A DNA stretch of 64,000 bases from assembly GCA_963847475.1 (NCBI GenBank), contig CAWJZZ010000009.1, positions 88,038 to 152,037 of the forward strand. Reading direction: 5' to 3'. The notes beneath the pieces are model-generated. The model made no database searches and was not told the DNA's origin. It saw only the letters and a list, made by a program, of their open reading frames with translations. The position numbers were made by a program, and so were the translations under genes. This DNA is from an uncultured Actinomycetes bacterium. Lineage in GTDB: Bacteria > Actinomycetota > Thermoleophilia > Gaiellales > Gaiellaceae. Positions 26,559 through 34,859 of the stretch are shown one piece after another. Each line of letters opens with the position of its first letter. Position 1 is the first letter of the stretch.

Positions 26559-27439
26559 TCGAGCTGCGAGTCGTCACGACGCCGGCCGACCTCGAGGCCT
26601 GGGCGGCGCTGAAGAGCCGCGTCGTCCCGAACGAGCCCGTCACCGCGGAGCAGCTCGTCGCGACGGACGAGCCTGGTCGGCTGTTGCTGCTCGCCGAGCG
26701 CGAGGGCCGGCTCGCCGGCTGCGGGATCGCCGCCCCGTCGCATTTCGGCGGGCGCGTCTTCGTCGCCGCACGCGTGCTGCCGGAGCATCGGCGCCGGGGC
26801 GTGGGGCACGAGCTCGTCCGCGCGCTGACCGAGCAGGGGCGGGCCCTCGGCTGCGACGGCATCAACGGCTTCGTCGACGTCGGTGACGACGGCGCGCTGG
26901 CGTTCGCCCGCTCCTACGGGCTCGAGGAGGTCGACTACCAGCTCGAGCAGGTGCGGCTGATCGGCGACGAGCCCGAGCCGGCGGTCCCGGACGGCCTCGT
27001 GTTGGTGTCGCTGGCCGGCCGTCGCGAGGAGCTCCTCGAGGCCGCCTGGCCGGTTGCCTGCCAGGGCTACGAGGACCTGCCGCTTCCCGGCGCCGTCACC
27101 TACCCCTTCGCCACCTGGCTGCGCGAGGAAGCGACGCGCCCGGAGGGGTCGTTCGTCGCGTTCGAGGGCGGCGAGATCGTCGGCTACGCCGGCTTGATGG
27201 AGCACGGCAACGGCTCGGCGAGCGCCGAGCACGGCCTGACGGTCGTCCGTCGCGACCGCCGGCGGCGAGGGATCGCGCGTGCGCTCAAGTTGACGCAACT
27301 GCACTGGGCGGCGAAGGCCGGCGTGGTCGAGCTCGTCACGTGGACGCAGAAGGGCAACGAGGGCATGCAGGCGTTGAACGCGAGCCTCGGTTACGAGAAC
27401 CGCTCCCGGGTCCTGACGATGCAGGGGCCGCTGCCGTGA
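26555..27439 (+). CDS. Tandem-GNAT N-acetyltransferase (MshD-like architecture)
   Basis: ATG 26555 (ATGA overlap with permease); two acetyl-CoA loops RRRGVGHELV and RRRGIARALK. Confidence 0.8.
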   Translation: MIELRVVTTPADLEAWAALKSRVVPNEPVTAEQLVATDEPGRLLLLAEREGRLAGCGIAAPSHFGGRVFVAARVLPEHRRRGVGHELVRALTEQGRALGCDGINGFVDVGDDGALAFARSYGLEEVDYQLEQVRLIGDEPEPAVPDGLVLVSLAGRREELLEAAWPVACQGYEDLPLPGAVTYPFATWLREEATRPEGSFVAFEGGEIVGYAGLMEHGNGSASAEHGLTVVRRDRRRRGIARALKLTQLHWAAKAGVVELVTWTQKGNEGMQALNASLGYENRSRVLTMQGPLP

Positions 27440-28344
27440 TCGACGTTCGGCCGGTCGAGACCGAGGCGGACATCGACACCTACGTCGCGGTGCGCACCCG
27501 CGTCCATCCTGAGACGCCGATGCCGCGCGAGGTCGTCGTCGAGGATCGCAAGCGGCCGGACCACCTCGACCTGCTCGCGTATCGGCGAGGGCGAGCCGGT
27601 CGGGCGCGGCGTCGACGGCGAAGTTCGGCGGCGCACCCGACGGCGAGTTCGCCTACCTGACGCTGCGGGTCGTCGCGGAGCACCGGCGCCACGGCGTCGG
27701 GACGGCGCTTGCACGAGCGCGCGGCCGAGCACGCGCGCACGCTCGCGAAAGACGCGCTTCTACGCGGTCGTGCGCGACGACGATCCCGACTCCTTCGGCT
27801 ACTACGGCGCCTGCGGCTTTCGTGGAGATCGGCCGCATGCAGGACGTCGTGCTCGACGTGTCGACGGCGACGATCGAGGTCGAGCCGCCGGAGGGGATCG
27901 AGATCGTCGTTGCCTCACCGGAGCTCGAGCGAGGCGCCTACGCGGTCGCGCTCGAGGCCGACGCGGACATCCCGTCGGGGACGCCGCTGATCACCGGCGA
28001 TTTCGAGACGTGGCAGGCGCGGCACTTCGGGCCGCTGACGTCGCGTGAGCTCTCGCTCGTCGCGCTCGAGGACGGCGTCGTCGTCGCGTTCGGCGTCGTC
28101 TCCAGGTTCACAGACGACACGTGCCAGCACTCGATGACCGGTGTCGCGCGGCGAGCGCGCGGACGGGGCATCGCGAAGGCGCTGAAGCACGCGCAGATCG
28201 TCGCGGCGCGAGCAGGCCGGCGTGCGCTACCTCCGTACCCAGAACGACCTCGCCAACGCCGCGATGCGCCGGGTCAACGAGCAGTTCGGGTACGAGCGCC
28301 TGTTCGAGTGGGTTCATCTCTCCGGCCCGCTCCGGCCGGGCTGA
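27436..28344 (+). pseudogene. Second tandem-GNAT acetyltransferase; six frame breaks as given
   Basis: GTG 27436 (GTGA overlap). Plausible protein is recovered only by hopping frames: VIDVRPVETEADIDTYVAVR...LLAY | GEGEPVGRGVDG | KFGGAPDGEFAYLTLRVVAEHRRHGVGTAL | HERAAEHARTLA | KTRFYAVVRDDDPDSFGYYGACGF | VEIGRMQDVVLDV...RGRGIAKALKHAQIV.. | ..EQAGVRYLRTQNDLANAAMRRVNEQFGYERLFEWVHL*. Confidence 0.7.
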
Positions 28345-28426
28345 TACGCTCAGCCCGGTTTTGAGGCGACGAGGCCTCAGGCGCTCCGTCTGCGGGGCTC
28401 CTGGGGTCTTTTTCATTTTTCCCGCG

Positions 28427-28486
28427 GCGTAGGCTTGACGGAGCCGCCCGATAGCGCAGGCACCGGCTTGGCCGGCGCCGGAGCGG
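28427..28486 (+). promoter_or_regulatory. Shared 60-nt promoter/leader module, copy B (upstream of glnA2)
   Basis: gcgTAGGCTtgacggagccgcccgatagcgcaGGCACCGGcttggCCGGCGCCGGAGcgg; follows T-rich stretch tctttttcattttt after the GNAT gene; a second SD (AGAGGAG) and GTG 28507 lie downstream. Confidence 0.4.
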
Positions 28487-28506
28487 ATAGAGAGGAGCAC
28501 GTAACC

Positions 28507-29872
28507 GTGGCGATGATCGAGAGCAAGGACCGGGCGACATCCGACCCTGCGGCCCGCAAGGCCGTTCTCAAGCAGATCGAGCAGGAGGGGGTCGAGTACG
28601 TCCTCTTCTGGTTCACCGACATCGAAGGGCACCTGAAGAGCTTCGCGATCACGCCGTCCGAGATCGCCGGCGCACTGGACGACGGAATGGGCTTCGACGG
28701 CTCGTCGATCACCGGGTTCAACGCGATCGAGGAGTCGGACATGGTCGCCATCCCCGATCCGACCTCGTTCCGGATCATGCCGGCGCGCGAAGGCGAGGCG
28801 AAGGTCGGACGCATGATCTGCGACATCGTCAAGCCGGACGGCGTTCCGTATGAGGGCGATCCCCGTTACGTGCTGCGACTCGCGCTCGACCGGATGCGCT
28901 CGCTGGGCTTCGACACGTTCAACATCGGGCCGGAGCTCGAGTACTTCCTCTTCAGGGACAACAAGGGCACGGAGACGCTCGACGAGGGCGGCTATTTCGC
29001 GATGACGGCGCTGGACGCCGCGACCGAGCTGCGCAACGAGACGATCAAGGCGCTCGAGTCGGTCGGCATCGGGATCGAGTACCACCACCACGAGGTCGCC
29101 CCGTCGCAGCACGAGATCGACATGCGCTACGCGTCCGCGCTCGACATGGCCGACCAGACGATCACCTACCGGTTGATCGTCAAGGAGGTCGCCGCGAAGC
29201 ACGGCGTCTACGCGACGTTCATGCCGAAGCCGCTGTTCGGCGAGAACGGCTCCGGGATGCACACGCACATGTCGCTGTTCACCGACGGCCGCAACCAGTT
29301 CTTCGACGGCTCGGACGACCACAACCTGTCGGTGGTGGGCAAGCAGTTCATCGCCGGGCTTGCTTCGCCACGCGCGCGAGCTGGCGCCGGTGTTCGCGCA
29401 GTGGGTCAACTCGTACAAGCGGCTCGTGCCGGGCTTCGAGGCGCCCGTCTACGTCGCCTGGTCGCAGCGCAATCGCTCCGCCCTGATCCGGATCCCGCTC
29501 TACAAGCCAGGCTCGGAGCAGGCAACGCGCGCCGAGATCCGCTGTCCCGACCCGGCCTGCAACCCGTACCTCACGTTCGCTGCGCTGCTGCACGCAGGGC
29601 TCGAGGGGATCGAGCGGGGGTACGAGCTCGAGGCGCCGATGGACTCGAACCTCTACCACCTGACCGCCGAGGAGCGCCGCGAGCGCGGCATCGTCTCCCT
29701 GCCGGAGACGCTCGGCGAGGCGATCGACGAGTTCGCGCAGTCCGACCTGCTGCGCCGCGCCTTCGGCGATCACATCTTCGACAACTACGTCAAGCTGAAG
29801 CGCAAGGAGTGGGACGAGTACCGCGTGCAGCTGACGCAGTGGGAGCTCGACCGTTACCTGACCGTTCTTTAG
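28507..29872 (+). pseudogene. glnA: Glutamine synthetase, GlnA2-like (type I-alpha); one frame break as given
   Basis: GTG 28507, 9 nt after GGAG. FDGSSITGFN, EYHHHEVAPSQHEIDM, KPLFGENGSGMHTHMSLF...KQFIAGL then frame of ORF 29360..29872: LRHARELAPVFAQWVNSYKRLVPGFEAP...AEIRCPDPACNPYL. Break at about 29362 (GGG CTT g CTT CGC); 1366 nt = 3n+1. Confidence 0.85.
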
Positions 29873-30508
29873 CCGGTCGGGATCACGGCAGGTCCTTCCT
29901 ACCTTCGCCGCCCATTTCGCGTGATGGACACGCGCCCAATCCGCATCGACCCACCCGCGCGTGATGCCGTTCAAGGCGTGGCGCGTCCTCGGGTGGATCA
30001 GGCTCAGGTAGAGGTGGCCGAGGAAGAGGAAGAACGAGGCGTACATCAGCCAGTCATGGATCAGGATCGTCTGTGCGAAGCGAAAGCGCGTGTCGCGCTC
30101 GCCGTACCAGAGCAACAGGCCGGTGACACCGAACAGGATCGCGAAGGCGGCTGTGACGATCGCATTCAGCTTCTGGCCGGCGTTGAGACGGCCCTGCGGG
30201 GCTGCGCCCCGACGGCGCAGCCACGCGCGGTCGTCCCGGTCGAACGTGTCGATCTCGTGCAGCGTCGAGCGCAGGCTACGCCTATCGCCGACGACCACCA
30301 CGACGACCAGCGCAGCCAGCCAGGCAATCGCGGTGTAGACGTGGATCGTCTTCAGGAGCGGCCGGCGTCCCACTGCCTCGGCGAGGCTCGGCAGATAGAG
30401 GCAGAGACCGCTGCCGAACAGGATCAGGAACGCGAGCGCGTGCACCCAGTGCACCGCTCGCTCCGTGCGCGTGAAGCGTTGTAGACGGCGCCGGTCAGCT
30501 GTAGCCAT
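29348..30508 (-). CDS. b-type cytochrome membrane protein (Ni-hydrogenase/FdnI-like cytochrome b family); 3' end unresolved
   Basis: First ~205 aa convincing (RFTRTERAVHWVHALAFLILFGSGL..., four TM, conserved His). After ...ARVHHAKWAAKVGR (about 29885) the literal ORF has no stop and runs ~520 nt antisense through glnA2. The true end is probably near 29.88-29.9 kb. Confidence 0.65.
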   Translation of the reverse strand: MATADRRRLQRFTRTERAVHWVHALAFLILFGSGLCLYLPSLAEAVGRRPLLKTIHVYTAIAWLAALVVVVVVGDRRSLRSTLHEIDTFDRDDRAWLRRRGAAPQGRLNAGQKLNAIVTAAFAILFGVTGLLLWYGERDTRFRFAQTILIHDWLMYASFFLFLGHLYLSLIHPRTRHALNGITRGWVDADWARVHHAKWAAKVGRTCRDPDRLKNGQVTVELPLRQLHAVLVPLLALQLDVVVEDVIAEGAAQQVGLRELVDRLAERLRQGDDAALAALLGGQVVEVRVHRRLELVPPLDPLEPCVQQRSEREVRVAGRVGTADLGARCLLRAWLVERDPDQGGAIALRPGDVDGRLEARHEPLVRVDPLREHRRQLARVAKQARR

Positions 30509-31184
30509 TCGACCGCCCGACCCACGCGTTCTGGTCGTAGCCGAGTCCTTCCCAGTAACCCGTCGGCTGACGAGGGAGCAACTCGACCCGGTTCAGCCAC
30601 TTGACGCCCTTGTACCCGTACATCTCCGGGATCACGACTCGCGCAGGCGCGCCGTGGGGACGCGAGAGTGGCTGACCGTCCAGCTCGATCGCAAGCAACA
30701 CGTCCGGCAGGAGAGCCTGCTCCAGCGTGAGCGAGTCGTTGTAGGGCTCTTCCGCCGACACGAAACGGATCGCCTTCGCGGTCGGGGAGAGGGTCGACCA
30801 GATCGAGAAGGTGCCGAAACGCGGACTCCTGGACCAGCGGACGTTCTTGACCGTCCAGCCCGTGACGCAGTGGAACGTCGACACCTGGCTCGTGCGTGGG
30901 AGCGCGAGCAGCTGCTCGTAGCTGATGCTGGTCGGTCGGCGTACGAGCCCGCCGATCTCGAGTCGCCACGACTTCGGGTCGAAGAGCGGCATCGATCCCG
31001 AGATGGTGTAGATCCGCCATCCGCCGACCGGGAACAGGTTTCCCACGAGCTGCGATGCGCCGGACGTCAGTGGGGACAGCACCCGGCTTGCGGCCGGCGC
31101 CCACAGGAACGACGAGGCACCACCCGCCAGTAGGGCGAGGAACGCGCGGCGACCGTAGGGCCGGGGGTCGGCGTCGTCGGTCAT
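30495..31184 (-). CDS. Molybdopterin-dependent oxidoreductase (sulfite-oxidase/YedY-like), Tat-exported
   Basis: 229 aa; Tat motif GRRAFLALLAG; FHCVTGWTVKNVRW, EMYGYKGVKWLNRVEL. A ~15-aa stretch (30783-30830) looks out of family (see findings). Confidence 0.8.
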   Translation of the reverse strand: MTDDADPRPYGRRAFLALLAGGASSFLWAPAASRVLSPLTSGASQLVGNLFPVGGWRIYTISGSMPLFDPKSWRLEIGGLVRRPTSISYEQLLALPRTSQVSTFHCVTGWTVKNVRWSRSPRFGTFSIWSTLSPTAKAIRFVSAEEPYNDSLTLEQALLPDVLLAIELDGQPLSRPHGAPARVVIPEMYGYKGVKWLNRVELLPRQPTGYWEGLGYDQNAWVGRSNGYS

Positions 31185-31227
31185 CGACGCATCAGACCGG
31201 CGGGAGCCACGGCGTGTTACAGCGCGG

Positions 31228-31482
31228 CTAAAGGAATGTGCGGATCGACTCGCGGTCGACGCGCAGGCCGATCACCTTCGAGCCGTCGTCGATCTGCTCG
31301 ATCGAGTCGGCCGGAACGATGCGGCGGCGGCGGGCGAGCCAGCCGGAGCGAACGGAGAGTGCATCGGGTGTCTCGGGCGAGGTGCCGTACATCGGGCACT
31401 CGACTCGTCCGACCAGGCGACCCCGAGCATCTGCGACGAGGAAGCCGGTTGTGCGCCGGAGGTCGATGGCCAGAGCACTCAT
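31228..31482 (-). CDS. PRC-barrel-domain small protein
   Basis: ATG 31482; 84 aa: GFLVADARGRLVGRVECPMY...RRRIVPADSIEQIDDGSKVIGLRVDRESI resembles PRC-barrel pattern; upstream part of track ORF is Arg/Gly noise. Confidence 0.55.
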   Translation of the reverse strand: MSALAIDLRRTTGFLVADARGRLVGRVECPMYGTSPETPDALSVRSGWLARRRRIVPADSIEQIDDGSKVIGLRVDRESIRTFL

Positions 31483-31549
31483 TGCGCTGAACCTATTCAC
31501 CGTTTGCGAGGATTCTCCCTCTGCTGCGGTAAAGCTTTTGTAACGAGGC

Positions 31550-31993
31550 TCAGCCCCACTTCCCGGACATCGCGAGCCAGGCGATCGCCAGCAGCACCGC
31601 GTAGAGCGACGACAGCCCGGCGACGACCCGCCCGGCGACCGGCTTGCCGGACCGCCGCCACCAGAACGCAAAGCCGAGCGAGAGCAACAGCACGAGCAGG
31701 CCGGGCTCGGCCACCGCGAACCCGACGCCGATCCAGGTCGGGTCGTTGTCGCCGCTGAACCCCTCCTTGGAGTAGATCCACGCTGCGCCCCCGCGCATCA
31801 GCACCCAGGCAGGGATCGAGACGATCAGCAGCGTCCAGAACGTCGAGCGCGCAAGCATCGGGACGGCGGGCCGGCGCCAGGCCGCGAGCGACAGCACGGC
31901 GGTCGCGAAGGTCGCGCCGAAGAGCAGCGTCGCGCCGAGCACGTGCAGGAACAGCGGCAAATCCCAGGCGTTCGGCCGGACGGCGCCGATCAT
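31550..31993 (-). CDS. Integral membrane protein (4 TM), paralogue-like partner of the next gene
   Basis: ATG 31993 (ATGA overlap with upstream gene); WDLPLFLHVLGATLLFGATF opening shared in pattern with neighbour. Confidence 0.6.
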   Translation of the reverse strand: MIGAVRPNAWDLPLFLHVLGATLLFGATFATAVLSLAAWRRPAVPMLARSTFWTLLIVSIPAWVLMRGGAAWIYSKEGFSGDNDPTWIGVGFAVAEPGLLVLLLSLGFAFWWRRSGKPVAGRVVAGLSSLYAVLLAIAWLAMSGKWG

Positions 31994-32466
31994 TGGCCGG
32001 GCTTCCAGATCATCAGGACGAGGACCAGCACGAACGTGAGCCCGGACCCGTAGGCCAGGGCGTTGCCGACGGGATCGCGGACCAGGGCGCGAAGCTCCGG
32101 CGTCAGCGTGTCTCCGTCGGCTGCCAGGCGCTCGGCTTCGGCCTGCGTCCTCGCCTGGTACTTGCCGCTCCGCCCGCCGAGGGCGCTTGCGACCGCCCAG
32201 AGGACGATCGCCGCCCACACCCAGAAGGTGCCGTACGAATAGCCGGCGTGATGCACCAGCCACAGGCCGATCAGCAGCGTCAGTGCGGAGCCGAGCCCGA
32301 TCGCCGGCAGGGCGGCTCGCGAGATCAGGCGCAGCAGGAGGACGATCTCGCTCGGACGCTCGGCATGCCAGGCGCTCGCGTTGAGGATCCCCGCGGTGGC
32401 AGCACCGCCCAGCAGGAGGAATGCGCCGGTCACGTGGAGCATCAGGAGCCAGTCATAGGTGCTCAC
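31990..32466 (-). CDS. Integral membrane protein (4 TM)
   Basis: GTG 32466 after GGGGAAGGG; YDWLLMLHVTGAFLLLGGAAT...; hydrophobic with high GC3. Confidence 0.6.
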   Translation of the reverse strand: MSTYDWLLMLHVTGAFLLLGGAATAGILNASAWHAERPSEIVLLLRLISRAALPAIGLGSALTLLIGLWLVHHAGYSYGTFWVWAAIVLWAVASALGGRSGKYQARTQAEAERLAADGDTLTPELRALVRDPVGNALAYGSGLTFVLVLVLMIWKPGQ

Positions 32467-32491
32467 GCCCCGAACGTACCCTTCCCCGCGG

Positions 32492-33904
32492 ATGGAAACA
32501 CGCGACCGGCATCTGAAGCTCCTGACCGAGACGATCGAGGCCGTCAACTCGACGCTCGACCTCCAGGAAGTCCTGTCGCAGGTTGCGACAAATGTCGCCT
32601 CTGCGCTCGAAGCGGACGCATGTTTCGTCTACCTCTACGACGAGCGCACGAACGAGCTCGTGCTGCGGGCCACCCACGGCTCGCATGTCGAGGAGCTGAC
32701 GCGCCGGCCACGGATGCGGCCCGGCGAGGGGATCACCGGTACCGCGGCCGCCGCCCGGGCGCCGGTGATGATCGAGTCTCAAGCACACCTCGACCCGCGG
32801 TTCAAGAACTTCCCGAATCTGCCCGAGGATCAGTACGAGTCGATCCTCGCCGTCCCGATCCTCACGCGCGACGGGACACTCGAGGGCGCGCTCAACGTGC
32901 GGACACAGCGACCACGTGCCTTTGTCGACGAGGAGGTCGAGCTGCTGCTGGCGATCGCAGCGCAGGTCGCACAGTCGATCGAGCACGCGAAGCTCTATGC
33001 CGAGGCCCAGCGCCGGGTACACGAGTTGGAGGCACTCGCGCGGATCTCCGAGGCGGTCTCCAACTCGCTCTATCTCGAGGAGTCGCTCGAGGCGATCGTC
33101 TCGACGACGATGGATGCACTCTCCGCCACCGGCGCCGCGCTGGTGCTCGACGACGGCCGGATCGCCTGGCCCGAGGGCGTCCCGGGCGTCTATGCGATGC
33201 GCCAGCCGCTCCGCTGGCGTGGGCGGCAGATCGGAGAGCTGGTCGCCGATCGCGACACGCCGTTCACATCGGCCGACGGTGAGCTGCTGGCGTCGATCGC
33301 GACGCACGCCGCGGTCGCGCTCGAGCACGGGCGCGCGGTGATGCGCGGCGTGCTGGCTCAGGAGATCCACCACCGGGTGAAGAACAACCTCCAGACCGTG
33401 GCGTCGCTCCTTCGCCTGCAAGCGCGCTCGACCGACGACATCGATCCACGCGAGGCGCTCGAGCACTCCGTCAACCGGATCCTCGCGATTGCCGCGGTGC
33501 ACGAGGTGCTCACCGAGCGGCGCGACGAGGACGTCGACCTGGCCGCTCTGATCGACCGCCTGCGTGCAATGCTCGTTCAGGGTGTCGGAGGCGGCAAGCA
33601 GGTCACCTCGTCACTCGAGCCGGTCAACCTCCCCGGTGCGCGTGCAACCGCGCTGGCGCTCGTCTTCTCCGAGCTGCTCCAGAACGCGCTCGAGCACGGG
33701 GGCGACCGGATCGAGGTCGGGCTCACCACCCGGGACGACGACGTCCTGCTCTCGATCGCCGATGACGGGGCAGGCGTCGGGGCGAGCGACGTGTCGGGCA
33801 CGGGGCTGTCGATCGTGCGGGCGCTCGTCCGTGACGAGCTTCGCGGCACGCTCGACCTGCGCTCGCATGGTGGCACCCGAGCGGAGGTCGTCTTCCCTCG
33901 CTAG
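32492..33904 (+). CDS. GAF-domain sensor histidine kinase, PdtaS-like (HisKA_2-type H-box)
   Basis: ATG 32492; GAF-like N-terminal halves; H-box EIHHRVKNNLQTVASLLRLQAR; ATPase motifs DDGAGV, GTGLSIVRALV. Confidence 0.85.
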   Translation: METRDRHLKLLTETIEAVNSTLDLQEVLSQVATNVASALEADACFVYLYDERTNELVLRATHGSHVEELTRRPRMRPGEGITGTAAAARAPVMIESQAHLDPRFKNFPNLPEDQYESILAVPILTRDGTLEGALNVRTQRPRAFVDEEVELLLAIAAQVAQSIEHAKLYAEAQRRVHELEALARISEAVSNSLYLEESLEAIVSTTMDALSATGAALVLDDGRIAWPEGVPGVYAMRQPLRWRGRQIGELVADRDTPFTSADGELLASIATHAAVALEHGRAVMRGVLAQEIHHRVKNNLQTVASLLRLQARSTDDIDPREALEHSVNRILAIAAVHEVLTERRDEDVDLAALIDRLRAMLVQGVGGGKQVTSSLEPVNLPGARATALALVFSELLQNALEHGGDRIEVGLTTRDDDVLLSIADDGAGVGASDVSGTGLSIVRALVRDELRGTLDLRSHGGTRAEVVFPR

Positions 33905-34410
33905 AGCGCGTCGTGCACGCGCCGGCCGCGGGCGGTGGTGCGGTAGACGGTCGACGGCGGGCGCGTCGGCAGAACCTCGCGGCGGACGAGGCGTGCAGCC
34001 TCGAGCTCGCGCAACGCCAGTGCGAGCGCGCGCGGTGTGATCTCGCCCAGCGCTGCCCGCAGCTCCGAGAAGCGACGGCTCTCACCCAACTCGGCGAGGA
34101 TCGGCACCGACCACTTGCGCAGCAACACGTCGGGGTCGCCCGCCGCCAGCACACGAGTCGAGAGAGCTGCTGCGCGCTTGCCCTTCCCGGTCAGCAGGTA
34201 CTCGGGCCGGAGCGGGTGGCCGTAGCCGGTGTCGCGCCGGACGAGGCCCTGTGTGCCGAGCGCGTCGAGCGCGCGGGTCAGCGACTCGCGTCCGACGCCC
34301 AGGCGCCGCTGCAGCTCGACGAACCGTGCGCCACCACGCTCCATCAGCAGCGCCAGCGCCGGAGCGGCCCAGCGGTGATGAAAGAGCGCGATCAGATCGA
34401 GTGTTGACAT
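33901..34410 (-). CDS. HxlR-type winged-helix regulator with duplicated wHTH
   Basis: ATG 34410; two HxlR-like units (HHRWAAPALALLMERGGARFVELQRRLGV...; RKWSVPILAELGESRRFSELRAALGEITPRALALALRELE). Confidence 0.75.
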   Translation of the reverse strand: MSTLDLIALFHHRWAAPALALLMERGGARFVELQRRLGVGRESLTRALDALGTQGLVRRDTGYGHPLRPEYLLTGKGKRAAALSTRVLAAGDPDVLLRKWSVPILAELGESRRFSELRAALGEITPRALALALRELEAARLVRREVLPTRPPSTVYRTTARGRRVHDAL

Positions 34411-34432
34411 GAAACAGTACGTAGTATAAAAA
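34404..34432 (+). promoter_or_regulatory. Candidate sigma70-type promoter for the VOC gene in an AT-rich island
   Basis: TTGACA (34404-34409), 17-nt spacer, TAAAAA (34427-34432); alternatives TATAAA/TAGTAT. Followed by AGGAGG and ATG 34463. The -35 overlaps the start codon of the divergent regulator. Contains TACGTA palindrome. Confidence 0.4.
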
Positions 34433-34462
34433 CACGCTCGACGGACGACAGGAGGTGCGGAC

Positions 34463-34849
34463 ATGACGATCGACTACAACCCGGAGAACTGCGTCATCTC
34501 GGTGGGTGTCAGCGACTACGACGCGTCGCTCGCCTGGTATCGCGATGTGCTCGGCTTCGAGCTCGTCTACGAGCTGAAGGAGTACGGCTGGTGTGAGCTG
34601 TCGACGCCCTTCGGCTTCAACATCGGGCTCGGCCAGACGGAGACGGTCGCCCAGGGCAACATCACCCCGACGTTCGGCGTTCGCGACATCGACGCGGCGA
34701 TCGCCGCGCTGCGCGCGCAGGACGTGAAGGTCGAGGACTGGCACGAGATCCCGAAGATGGTGCGGCTCTCGACGTTCTTCGACCCGGATGGCACGCCGTG
34801 GATGCTCGCCCAGACGCTCGTCAGCAAAGAGGAGTTCGTCGCGGGCTAG
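34463..34849 (+). CDS. VOC/glyoxalase-bleomycin-resistance-family protein
   Basis: 128 aa; strong SD; VGVSDYDASLAWYRDVLGFEL...FFDPDGTPWMLAQ typical of VOC fold. Confidence 0.85.
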   Translation: MTIDYNPENCVISVGVSDYDASLAWYRDVLGFELVYELKEYGWCELSTPFGFNIGLGQTETVAQGNITPTFGVRDIDAAIAALRAQDVKVEDWHEIPKMVRLSTFFDPDGTPWMLAQTLVSKEEFVAG

Positions 34850-34859
34850 CCTCCGAGGA

